A stretch of 11,134 nucleotides of DNA from a virus (lineage: Duplodnaviria; Heunggongvirae; Uroviricota; Caudoviricetes), in IMG/VR virus record IMGVR_UViG_2695420687_000012; one strand, 5' to 3'. Below are positions 1 to 7,588 of the stretch, piece after piece. Each line of letters opens with the position of its first letter. The stretch's first letter is position 1. The translations under genes and the position numbers were made by a program. The notes below the pieces were generated by a model. It saw only the letters and a list, made by a program, of their open reading frames with translations. It did no database searches and was not told where the DNA came from.

Positions 1-858
1 GTAGACGCTCAGGCGACGAAAAATTGAAGCTTCCTGCNGNNGNNCGCCATACTCCAGCGATTCCGTGTTTTTGATAAGCGGGCGTACTGCTGGATGCGTT
101 TTAAAGCGAGCCAGCAGCTCGCTTGCCGGAACACGACTTTGCGTAAGGGAGGAGAGCGGGCAAACAATCCCTAACGAAAGCGTTTGTTGATTAGTATAAA
201 GAAATGCGCCGCCGGGTAAGTCATCACAGATTCCGCCGCTGAACAGCAACGCTGCGCCTTCGTTATTCTCCAGATGAAAACGTTCTTCAATAGAGGATGT
301 TTCCAGCGCCAGCACTTCTTTGATCCCCAACGCCATCGCTTCGCCAGCAGGGCGAGTCACTAACCCGTGTCGTTCAGCCAGGATGCTATTAGCACCTTCC
401 GCCAGCACCACATAACGGGCGCGGAGAATATCGTCACCACAAATGACACCACAGATTCTGCCGTTTTCTTCATACAGCGTATCCAGTGTCGCGCCAGGGA
501 TACACTCGACACCTTCTTTTTCGGCTTCGGCAACCAGCCACGGATCGAAACGGGCGCGCAAGACGCTCCAGGATTCACCGCCAGGCTGTAAGCTGGAAAA
601 CGTTGTTGCGCCATCGGGTGTTAACAGGGAAAGGCTTTCGTGAGTGATACGTCGCTCAAGAGGTGCAGTCAGGTGATATTGGGGGAGGAGTTCCGCGAGC
701 GCATGGGTATATAAACGCCCGCCGGAAAGGTTTTTGCTGCCGGGGATTTCAGCACGTTCCAGTAACAGAACGGATAAACCCGCTCGCGCGCAGCGCAACG
801 CGCAGGCGGTGCCCGCAATTCCGGCACCGATAATAATAATGTCGCAGTCATCTTCCAT
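1..858 (-). CDS. ygcN: FAD-dependent oxidoreductase of the FixC / ETF-quinone oxidoreductase family (YgcN-like); 3' end runs off the window start
   Basis: Minus-strand translation from the ATG at 858-856 reads MEDDCDIIIIGAGIAGTACALRCARAGLSVLLLERAEIPGSKNLSGGRLYTH..., with an N-terminal GxGxxG dinucleotide-binding motif, and stays open to position 1. Absent from the ORF track because no stop lies in the window; the track ORFs 360..614 and 669..896 are other frames. Sits directly downstream of queD as in E. coli (recalled gene order). N's at 39-46 fall inside it. Confidence 0.65.
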   Translation of the reverse strand, partial: MEDDCDIIIIGAGIAGTACALRCARAGLSVLLLERAEIPGSKNLSGGRLYTHALAELLPQYHLTAPLERRITHESLSLLTPDGATTFSSLQPGGESWSVLRARFDPWLVAEAEKEGVECIPGATLDTLYEENGRICGVICGDDILRARYVVLAEGANSILAERHGLVTRPAGEAMALGIKEVLALETSSIEERFHLENNEGAALLFSGGICDDLPGGAFLYTNQQTLSLGIVCPLSSLTQSRVPASELLARFKTHPAVRPLIKNTESLEYGXXXQEASIFRRLSVY

Positions 859-935
859 GTCATGCCCCAGAGATCCAGAGCGCAACACCCTAACATAGCG
901 TTACTTAAGGGAAATTGACCGCCGACACACTCTTA

Positions 936-1301
936 TCATTCGCCGCGATAGATGCAGCCTGCGGTGCAGGTTTCTTTCACCATTACCGCGCTTAACAGCG
1001 GCACAACGGGTTTTACCTGATCCCAAATCCATTTTGCTAAAACTTCGCTGGTCGGGTTTTCCAGGCCAGGGATCTCATTGAGATAATGATGATCGAGGCG
1101 ATCGTAGGTCGGTTTAAACGCCGCTTTCAGTTCAGCGAAATCGATGATCCAGCCCGTATGCGGATCGACTTCCCCTGTAATTTCCAGGCGCACCATAAAA
1201 GAGTGCCCGTGCAGGCGACCACATTTATGCCCTTGCGGGACGTGTGGCAAGCGGTGAGCGGCTTCGAAGGTGAAATCTTTAAATAACGTGGTGGACATCA
1301 T
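936..1301 (-). CDS. queD: 6-carboxy-5,6,7,8-tetrahydropterin synthase QueD (queuosine biosynthesis)
   Basis: The track ORF 936..1385 contains [121 protein letters not shown], near-identical to recalled E. coli QueD (121 aa). The conserved start is the internal MM at 1301; the 28 extra upstream codons in the track are probably not translated. Confidence 0.9.
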   Translation of the reverse strand: MMSTTLFKDFTFEAAHRLPHVPQGHKCGRLHGHSFMVRLEITGEVDPHTGWIIDFAELKAAFKPTYDRLDHHYLNEIPGLENPTSEVLAKWIWDQVKPVVPLLSAVMVKETCTAGCIYRGE

Positions 1302-1682
1302 AATTTCTCTACAGGACGACAAAACCGCCGTAGAGTACCGGAAAGCCTGTTTTTTCGCATTATCTAAAACGACTTTGTTGCGCAAAATGGCCTGTTTATC
1401 TTAATGGTTGGCGATATTCTTTTAATTATCATGCTGTTAATAAATCCATTTTGTTGTTAGCGACTATTGCTAAAACAGGTTAGTCGATTTGGTTATTAGT
1501 TATCGCTATCCCGTCTTTAATCCACACCGTTCGCCCCGTTAACCTTACCTTCTCTTCTGTTTTATGGGCGCTGACAGGGCCGATAAACAGCTTTGCTTAC
1601 TGGAACATAACGACGTATAAGTATAGCTGATATTTATTAAGTTAATATTAAGCAATGAAATTTAATCTATAGGATTATTGGC

Positions 1683-1709
1683 AAAAAAAACCCGGCAATA
1701 TATGCCGGG
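1683..1709 (-). terminator. Rho-independent terminator downstream of gnd
   Basis: cccggca(1691-1697) / tgccggg(1703-1709) stem with a 5-nt loop; the A-run at 1683-1690 is a U-run on the minus-strand transcript, 3' of the gnd stop. Confidence 0.7.
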
Positions 1710-1736
1710 CCTCAATTTATTGCTGATTAAATTAGA

Positions 1737-2096
1737 TTAATCCAGCCATTCAGTATGGAACACACCTTCTTTATCAATGCGCTTATAAGTATGCGCACCG
1801 AAATAGTCACGCTGAGCCTGGATCAGGTTCGCAGGCAGCACCGCGGCACGGTAGCTATCGTAATAAGCAACCGCCGCAGAGAAGGTTGGAACTGGGATAC
1901 CGTTTTGCACTGCATAAGCGACGACATCACGCAGTGCCTGCTGGTAGTCATCGGCGATTTTCTTGAAATACGGAGCTAACAGCAGGTTAGCGATTTTTGG
2001 ATTTTCGGCATAGGCATCGGTGATTTTCTGCAGGAACTGCGCACGGATGATGCAGCCAGCACGGAAAATCTTCGCGATTTCACCGTAGTTCAGATC
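1737..2096 (-). CDS. gnd: 6-phosphogluconate dehydrogenase, C-terminal 119 codons only (5' part absent)
   Basis: Minus-strand translation [119 protein letters not shown] followed by a stop matches the recalled Gnd C-terminus. Similarity is lost upstream of about 2097, and an in-frame stop lies at 2115-2117. Confidence 0.85.
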   Translation of the reverse strand, partial: DLNYGEIAKIFRAGCIIRAQFLQKITDAYAENPKIANLLLAPYFKKIADDYQQALRDVVAYAVQNGIPVPTFSAAVAYYDSYRAAVLPANLIQAQRDYFGAHTYKRIDKEGVFHTEWLD

Positions 2097-2265
2097 CCCG
2101 CTGGTCGAAAGCCGCTACCTGTATGATCCGCTGGGCCGCCGGACGGGAAAACGGGTGTGGCGGCGGGAGCGTGCATCTGCCGCGACCAGCTTAAATAATC
2201 CTGCGCCAACATTGGCAAGTCGAGTAACCACTCTCCGGGATAATCGACAATCTCCAGATATNGCN

Positions 2266-2915
2266 TCTGGGTGATCATCTGATTTGTGGTAAAAAGCTGA
2301 GATCCATTGACGGCATCGGTACTGTCTGCCGCTATTCGACCATTTGCCACGTTAGTGATTTTGCTGGCGGTATCGGTGCCATGCGCTGCGCTGAATGCGC
2401 CTGCGCTGGCATCCCAGAGCAGAGAATCATCCAGTGATGCGTCAATTGCACTCAGTGCGTCGCCGATGTTGCTGTAGTCGGTATTGGCGATACTGTAAGT
2501 TGGCGCATTGATGGTGCCGTCAGCATTCATCGTCGAGCCGCCGCCCAGCGCATCAACTACAGAATTGCTGACGCCATAGAGTTGGCTGCCGTTCACCGCA
2601 TCGGTACTGGTTGCGCTAAGTGCGCCTGCTGCGACGTTGGTGATCTTGCTGGTTACTCCAGCGCGGCTGGCGCTGTATGACTTGCTGGAGTCATCCCACA
2701 TCAGCGCATCACCCAGTGAAGTGCCCACAGAAGCGTTAATTGCAGTTAGCGCATCTCCCAGGTTGTCGTAGTCAGTGCCGCCAATGGTATAGGTCGGCGC
2801 ACTAAACATGCCGTCGGCCCCAACGGTTGAACCACCGCCTAAAGTGTCAGCAATTGCGCTGCTGAAATCATAGAGCTGTGAGCCGTTAATTGCATCGGTG
2901 CTGGCGGCGGTTAGA
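2266..2915 (-). CDS. Internal fragment of a trimeric autotransporter adhesin (YadA-like repeat region), bounded by N-runs on both sides
   Basis: Minus-strand frame is open across the fragment and shows two tandem repeats of about 105 aa, each with TDY.N.GDAL.AI.AS ... SKITNVA.G ... [10 protein letters not shown], as in YadA/Hia-type adhesin head-neck units. It is part of track ORF 2090..2809 but continues upstream to the N's at 2916-2924. Confidence 0.7.
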
Positions 2916-2926
2916 NCNNNGNNGGT

Positions 2927-3367
2927 ATGTCAATACATCTCGCTATTGCCGATGGCGGCAACCAGGGATATTTCGATTACACATCACAGCATAACGTCAT
3001 TATGTGGAGATGGCTGATCGCAACAGTATTCATGCTGGAAATGAGAGAGGAAAACGGCACTGTCAGCATCATTGATGATACTGGCAATCCTTCCGAAGTG
3101 GCTGTTTATTCCAACGGCATCGTCGCCATGCCGCTGTATCCAGTAGCAGAGCGCCTCGCTATGGCAAACAACATTGAGGGCGCGATGATAGAACGTTTTG
3201 GCATCGAGTCTGGCACAGAACGCGCCATCATTTTCTACAGAGCCATGATGGATGTGGAACAAGGAGCACTGACTCCATTTGGTCGTGAAACGCTTGCTGA
3301 ACTTCACAACAGCTTTATAGCTGAACTGAATGAAAACGGCATGCCAGCGGAACCAGTGACGCACTGA
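2927..3367 (+). CDS. Hypothetical protein, first gene of the element operon (5' end uncertain)
   Basis: Track ORF of 146 aa with a protein-like composition. The frame is open upstream into the N-run at 2916-2924, so the ATG at 2927 may not be the true start. Confidence 0.5.
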   Translation: MSIHLAIADGGNQGYFDYTSQHNVIMWRWLIATVFMLEMREENGTVSIIDDTGNPSEVAVYSNGIVAMPLYPVAERLAMANNIEGAMIERFGIESGTERAIIFYRAMMDVEQGALTPFGRETLAELHNSFIAELNENGMPAEPVTH

Positions 3368-3377
3368 GGATGGATCC

Positions 3378-3719
3378 ATGATTACTAAAAATTTCCGACT
3401 GAATGCGCTGGCAAATAAGTATGCGTCGGCACTGTATAACCACATTACCTCCACCAGCGGCTGGGACTATTTCATGGTTGATGCGGACGGCGAGGCCGTC
3501 CGTGTGGAAATCGTCAATGGAGTAAAAGGCGTTCGCAGCCTGATCGATAGCTACACACTGGCAGCCATGAAAGTGTTCTACCCGCAGTGGGAAACCGTGG
3601 GGATAGAGCTTCTTGATCGTTGCGTCACTAAGGACGGATTGACTGACGTCGGGCGTGAGATATGGCAAAGCATGGTTAATGACATGGGCGCAACTGTAGC
3701 GGGAGGTTCTCATGCGTGA
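3378..3719 (+). CDS. Hypothetical protein (113 aa)
   Basis: Track ORF; GAGGA Shine-Dalgarno at 3365-3369 about 9 nt before the ATG; begins 10 nt after the upstream stop and overlaps the next ORF by 8 nt. No motif I recognise. Confidence 0.6.
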   Translation: MITKNFRLNALANKYASALYNHITSTSGWDYFMVDADGEAVRVEIVNGVKGVRSLIDSYTLAAMKVFYPQWETVGIELLDRCVTKDGLTDVGREIWQSMVNDMGATVAGGSHA

Positions 3720-4083
3720 AAATGCAGAAATGGCGCTTAGCTCCGCAATCGGAGAGCAGGTGGCAAAGATTGCTGGCGCTGTGTGGATTCATAACCTTCA
3801 TTCTACTGGTGAAGAGAAAATGGCAATTCAGACGCCAGAGGGACGCACCATTACTACATCTCTGAAGGCGTCAGATGTTTGTGATCTGATTTGCGCATTC
3901 ATGTACCCAGCAATGAGGACTGTCCACGGCGATAAGTGGAAACTTGCGACAACCGCTGAATTTGATATGTGGCTAAACAATGATGGCATGCTGACTGATT
4001 ACGGAATAACCAAGTGGCAGATGCTGGTTAGCCATATCGCAAACGCTATAGACCACGTGGGGTACGGTGATGCGAAACATTGA
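3712..4083 (+). CDS. Hypothetical protein (123 aa)
   Basis: Track ORF; GGGAGG Shine-Dalgarno at about 3699-3704; its 3' end overlaps the primase start (4067/4070), suggesting translational coupling. Confidence 0.6.
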   Translation: MRENAEMALSSAIGEQVAKIAGAVWIHNLHSTGEEKMAIQTPEGRTITTSLKASDVCDLICAFMYPAMRTVHGDKWKLATTAEFDMWLNNDGMLTDYGITKWQMLVSHIANAIDHVGYGDAKH

Positions 4084-6826
4084 TCTTATCCGTCAGGTTA
4101 TCAGTGCGTCTGAAAACAACTGGCCTCATGTGCTGGGCTGCCTGAACATAAATGTCCCTGACTCTCCGCGCCGTCATGCTCCCTGCCCTGCATGTGGGGG
4201 CAAAGATCGATTCCGGTTCGATGACAACGGGCGCGGTAGCTTCATCTGTAATCAGTGCGGCGCTGGTGATGGACTGGATTTAATTAAACGCGTAAATAAC
4301 TGCGACACAACAGAGGCGGCGCTTCTTGCCGCTGATGTTCTGGGTATTGATTACCGGACAACGGAAACACCAGAAGCCACCAGCCAGAAACGGGAACAAC
4401 TGGAAACCGAGCGCCAGCGACGCGAACAGGAGCGCCTGAAAAGGGCAGAGAAGGACGAACAACAAAGACGGGATACGTTTTCCCGTCAGTTTGATGACAT
4501 GCGCAGAAAGGCTGTAAACGGCAAATCTGATTATCTGGTTGCGAAAGGGGTAGGTGATTTTACATTCCCCGTGTTGCCCGATGGATCTCTGTTGCTGGCG
4601 CTGGTGGATAAATCCGGCGCAGTAACAGCAGCACAGACTATTACCTCACATGGTGAAAAAAGACTCCTGACAGGTTCAGCAAAGCGAGGGGCATATCACG
4701 CCATAAACGCACCAGAAACAACACAGAGCATCTTAATCGCAGAAGGGCTGGCAACGGCATTATCTGCCCATTTAATTCGTCCAGAGGCGCTGACAGTGGC
4801 GGCGATTGATGCCGGGAACCTGTTATATGTCGCCCAGGTACTGCGGGATAAATTTCCTTCAGCACAAATCATCATTGCTGCGGATAACGACCACAGCGAA
4901 GGAAGACAAAACACGGGGAGAATAGCAGCAGAAAAAGCAGCTTTATCTGTTTCTGGATGGGTGGCATTACCCCCGACAGATCACAAAGCAGACTGGAATG
5001 ATTACCACCAAAAACACGGCATTAAATGCGCCACAGAAGCGTTCAATAAGTCAATGTACCAACCACAGGGTAATGGCGTGAAACAGGAGCCACAGACCAT
5101 TGAGGGAAGCGATTTTAAGGTTATGGATACCGACCCACTGAAACCAAGAATAGAAAGCCGCGAGGATGGTATTTATTGGGTATCTCCGAGAGCTGACAGC
5201 CAGAGTGGAGAAATCATCAATAACGAAAGCTGGTTATGTTCTCCGTTAAGCGTTATCGGTACTGGCAGAGACGATAAAGACCAGTATCTCATTCTTCGCT
5301 GGCTGTCGTTTGGTTCTGAAACGCCGACAACCGCTGCCATTCCACTGGCTGATATTGGTGAACGTGAAGGATGGCGCACACTTAAAGCTGGTGGGGTAAA
5401 TGTCACGACCAAAAGCAGCCTCAGAGCAATACTGGCAGACTGGCTACAACGCAGTGGCTCTCGTGAATTGTGGCGTGTTGCTCATGCCACTGGCTGGCAA
5501 TGCGGAGCGTACATCATGCCTGATGGGGAAATCATCGGAACACCTGAAAATCCTGTGCTGTTCAGCGGGAGAAGCTCAGCCGCAGCCGGATATACCGTCT
5601 CAGGGAGCGCGAAAAGCTGGCGTGATAACGTGGCGCGTCTGGCCTTTGGTAACTATTCAATGATGACCGGGATCGGCGCAGCACTGGCAGCGCCATTGAT
5701 TGGGCTGGTGGGCGCTGACGGGTTCGGCATTCATTTCTATGAGCAGTCGAGCGCAGGTAAGACCACCACGGCAAACGTGGCGAGCAGCTTATACGGCAAC
5801 CCTGATTTACTGCGGCTGACGTGGTACGGAACCGCGCTGGGGCTGGCAAATGAAGCTGCCGCCCACAATGACGGACTAATGCCGCTTGATGAAGTTGGTC
5901 AGGGCGCTGATCCTGTCAGTGTGTCACAGTCTGCCTATGCGTTATTTAACGGTGTAGGGAAACTGCAAGGCGCTAAAGATGGTGGAAACCGGGATCTAAA
6001 ACGCTGGCGTACAGTGGCAATCAGCACCGGAGAAATGGATTTAGAAACATTTATCGCTACTTCCGGGCGAAAAACCAAAGCCGGGCAACTGGTGCGACTG
6101 CTGAATATTCCGTTGAGTAAAGCAGTACGCTTTCACGATTACCAGAACGGAAAACAGCACGCAGACGCACTGAAAGACGCTTACCAGCATCACCACGGCG
6201 CAGCCGGGCGTGAGTGGATTAAATGGCTGGCAGACCACCAGCAACAGGCAATTAAAACTGTTCGTGACTGCGAAAGCAGATGGAGAAGTCTGATCCCATC
6301 CGATTATGGTGAGCAGGTTCACCGTGTAGCCGCGCGATTTGCCATTCTGGAGGCCGCATTGCTGTTAGGCGAGGTTGTAACAGGCTGGGATGCTCAGACA
6401 TGCCGTGATGCGATACAGCACAGCTATAACGCATGGTTGCGCGAGTTCGGCACAGGTAACAAAGAACATCAGCAGATTATTGAACAAACGGAGGCATTTC
6501 TTAATGCCTATGGGCTTAGCCGTTTTGCACCATTTCCATACAGCCCGGCAGATTTGCCCATCAAAGATTTAGCCGGATACCGTCAGCGTGGAGAACATGA
6601 CGAAAGCCCAATGATTTTCTACACATTCCCGGCCACATTTGAAAAGGAGATCGCATGTGGTTTCAACGCAAAACAGTTTGCTGAAGTGTTGAAAAAAGCC
6701 GGGATGCTAACCCCACCAAACAGCGGTCGTGGATACCAAAGAAAATCACCACGTATTCAGGGACGACAAATAAACGTTTATGTACTCAATTACCAGCCAG
6801 GAGATTACAACTCATCTGAAGAATGA
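4067..6826 (+). CDS. Replication primase/helicase-like protein: N-terminal zinc ribbon, P4-type TOPRIM primase, C-terminal P-loop NTPase (DUF927-like)
   Basis: 919-aa track ORF (GTG at 4067 or ATG at 4070). CPACGG...CNQCG zinc ribbon at about 4186-4261; a highly charged helix (ERQRREQERLKRAEKDEQQRRD); IAEGLATA at about 4739-4759, matching the EGYATA-type motif of P4 alpha primase; acidic AADNDHSEG at about 4876-4902; Walker A-like SSAGKTT at about 5747-5767; Walker B-like LMPLDEV at about 5875-5895. Confidence 0.85.
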   Translation: MMRNIDLIRQVISASENNWPHVLGCLNINVPDSPRRHAPCPACGGKDRFRFDDNGRGSFICNQCGAGDGLDLIKRVNNCDTTEAALLAADVLGIDYRTTETPEATSQKREQLETERQRREQERLKRAEKDEQQRRDTFSRQFDDMRRKAVNGKSDYLVAKGVGDFTFPVLPDGSLLLALVDKSGAVTAAQTITSHGEKRLLTGSAKRGAYHAINAPETTQSILIAEGLATALSAHLIRPEALTVAAIDAGNLLYVAQVLRDKFPSAQIIIAADNDHSEGRQNTGRIAAEKAALSVSGWVALPPTDHKADWNDYHQKHGIKCATEAFNKSMYQPQGNGVKQEPQTIEGSDFKVMDTDPLKPRIESREDGIYWVSPRADSQSGEIINNESWLCSPLSVIGTGRDDKDQYLILRWLSFGSETPTTAAIPLADIGEREGWRTLKAGGVNVTTKSSLRAILADWLQRSGSRELWRVAHATGWQCGAYIMPDGEIIGTPENPVLFSGRSSAAAGYTVSGSAKSWRDNVARLAFGNYSMMTGIGAALAAPLIGLVGADGFGIHFYEQSSAGKTTTANVASSLYGNPDLLRLTWYGTALGLANEAAAHNDGLMPLDEVGQGADPVSVSQSAYALFNGVGKLQGAKDGGNRDLKRWRTVAISTGEMDLETFIATSGRKTKAGQLVRLLNIPLSKAVRFHDYQNGKQHADALKDAYQHHHGAAGREWIKWLADHQQQAIKTVRDCESRWRSLIPSDYGEQVHRVAARFAILEAALLLGEVVTGWDAQTCRDAIQHSYNAWLREFGTGNKEHQQIIEQTEAFLNAYGLSRFAPFPYSPADLPIKDLAGYRQRGEHDESPMIFYTFPATFEKEIACGFNAKQFAEVLKKAGMLTPPNSGRGYQRKSPRIQGRQINVYVLNYQPGDYNSSEE

Positions 6827-6851
6827 GCTTCTTCATGTGCGTAGAAAAGGC

Positions 6852-6962
6852 GTTGGTTCAGTTGGTTCAGTTGGTTCAATTTGTAAAGAGTATTGTTTTA
6901 TAAGGATTTTATTCTTTTTATTGAACCAACACTGAACCAACAACACGGTATTTTGAACCAAC
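6852..6962. repeat. Iteron array, putative origin of replication: 3 tandem GTTGGTTCA, AT-rich spacer, 3 inverted TGAACCAAC
   Basis: Perfect 9-mers at 6852-6860, 6861-6869 and 6870-6878; an AT-rich stretch at 6879-6921; reverse-complement copies at 6922-6930, 6933-6941 and 6954-6962 (11 and 21 bp apart, roughly helical phasing). Lies immediately 3' of the primase gene. Confidence 0.65.
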
Positions 6963-7012
6963 ACAATGTGACTGAATTGATGCGCACAACACCTGGCTGG
7001 CATCAGAGAGTG

Positions 7013-7088
7013 TTTTACGAGACTTTCGTAAAATCCTGTGTACAAGGGCGTGACGTTTTTGAAAGTGAGCACTACGAAATTTTCGTAG
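7013..7088. promoter_or_regulatory. Two related palindromes sharing a TTTCGTA / TACGAAA half-site; possible operators
   Basis: TTTTACGA-gactt-TCGTAAAA at 7013-7033 and CTACGAAA-T-TTTCGTAG at 7072-7088, about 55 bp apart, between the iterons and the terminator. Confidence 0.3.
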
Positions 7089-7282
7089 TTCAGAAAACAG
7101 CCCCTGAGAAGTTGTTATGCCTGTTCAGCAAACCATCCGCATAGCTGATCGCGAATCAAATTACCAATGGAGCCAGAAGCAAGGGCAGAACTGAAAAGCG
7201 CCTGCCGTGAAGAGTAATGCGACACCATAAATATAGTTTTTAGAGTCCATAAAAAACCTGTCAAAACCTGACACACAGAACG

Positions 7283-7315
7283 ATGCCACCAGCTACTGAG
7301 CGGTGGCATTTTTTT
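7283..7315 (+). terminator. Rho-independent terminator
   Basis: atgccacc(7283-7290) / ggtggcat(7302-7309) stem, 11-nt loop, then a T-run at 7309-7315. Confidence 0.6.
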
Positions 7316-7348
7316 GTGCTATCTGTTTCATATTTTGCAATTACTATG

Positions 7349-7397
7349 ATGAATATTGCGATTTGTGAAACTATAATAACTGTTGTTTTATACAGTT
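7349..7397 (+). promoter_or_regulatory. Promoter of the small-gene cassette with an overlapping LexA-type (SOS) box
   Basis: Perfect -10 TATAAT at 7372-7377 with a weak -35 upstream. Directly after it, aaCTGTtgttttatACAGtt (7378-7397) has the CTGT-N8-ACAG geometry and AT-rich centre of the E. coli LexA consensus TACTGT(AT)4ACAGTA, covering the likely transcription start. Shine-Dalgarno AAGGGGG at 7400-7406. Confidence 0.5.
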
Positions 7398-7410
7398 ATA
7401 AGGGGGCGTT

Positions 7411-7572
7411 ATGGCTATTTCAGTAAAGCCGGTATTGATAAGTGAGAAGCAAATGGAAGCGATAAAGAAAATTCAGGAAGAGCAGCGTAAAAAATCAGGA
7501 ATTGGAGTAGCGCCAACTCTGCATGAAATTGCACGAGGGTTAATAGATAAGGCGCTGGCAGGCTGTATGTGA
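7411..7572 (+). CDS. Small hypothetical protein (53 aa), possibly a small DNA-binding regulator
   Basis: Below the track's 60-aa cutoff; hand translation gives MAISVKPVLISEKQMEAIKKIQEEQRKKSGIGVAPTLHEIARGLIDKALAGCM. Strong Shine-Dalgarno; first gene after the LexA-box promoter. The strand-plus-two-helix pattern is suggestive of a ribbon-helix-helix fold but unverified. Confidence 0.5.
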   Translation: MAISVKPVLISEKQMEAIKKIQEEQRKKSGIGVAPTLHEIARGLIDKALAGCM

Positions 7573-7588
7573 AAATGGATGGCATCGC

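Noticed and set aside
360-896. Track ORFs 360..614(-), 367..591(+), 443..643(+), 669..896(-)
   Set aside because: All are alternative frames or antisense to the ygcN-like reading frame, which is continuous from 858 to the window start and has the recognisable FAD-binding N-terminus.
936-1385. 149-aa version of QueD starting at 1385
   Set aside because: The conserved protein starts at the MMSTTLF motif (1301); the extra 28 N-terminal codons have no counterpart in the QueD sequence I recall.
1755-1979. 74-aa plus-strand ORF
   Set aside because: Antisense to the unambiguous gnd C-terminal coding frame.
2090-2809. 239-aa track ORF on the minus strand
   Set aside because: A composite: adhesin repeat sequence upstream of the N's at 2262-2265 read through into an unrelated fragment and the out-of-frame gnd tail. 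The Met at 2809 is internal to the adhesin frame.
2984-3713. Minus-strand ORFs 2984..3454 and 3315..3713
   Set aside because: Antisense to the co-directional, ribosome-binding-site-preceded plus-strand ORFs of the element operon; Cys/His/Trp-rich composition typical of spurious frames.
4280-6572. Eight short ORFs (both strands) lying inside the primase gene
   Set aside because: Fully embedded in the 919-aa primase reading frame, which has coherent domain motifs; low-complexity or Cys/Arg-rich translations.
6852-6878. Possible CRISPR or minisatellite from the tandem GTTGGTTCA copies
   Set aside because: The units are only 9 bp, directly abutting with no spacers, and have inverted partners 45 bp away; this fits iterons, not a CRISPR array.
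6833-7309. ORFs 6833..7072(-), 6893..7144(+), 7115..7309(-)
   Set aside because: They span the iteron array, palindromes and terminator, have no ribosome-binding sites and include repeat-derived peptides (EPTEPTEPT); the region is better explained as origin and regulatory DNA.
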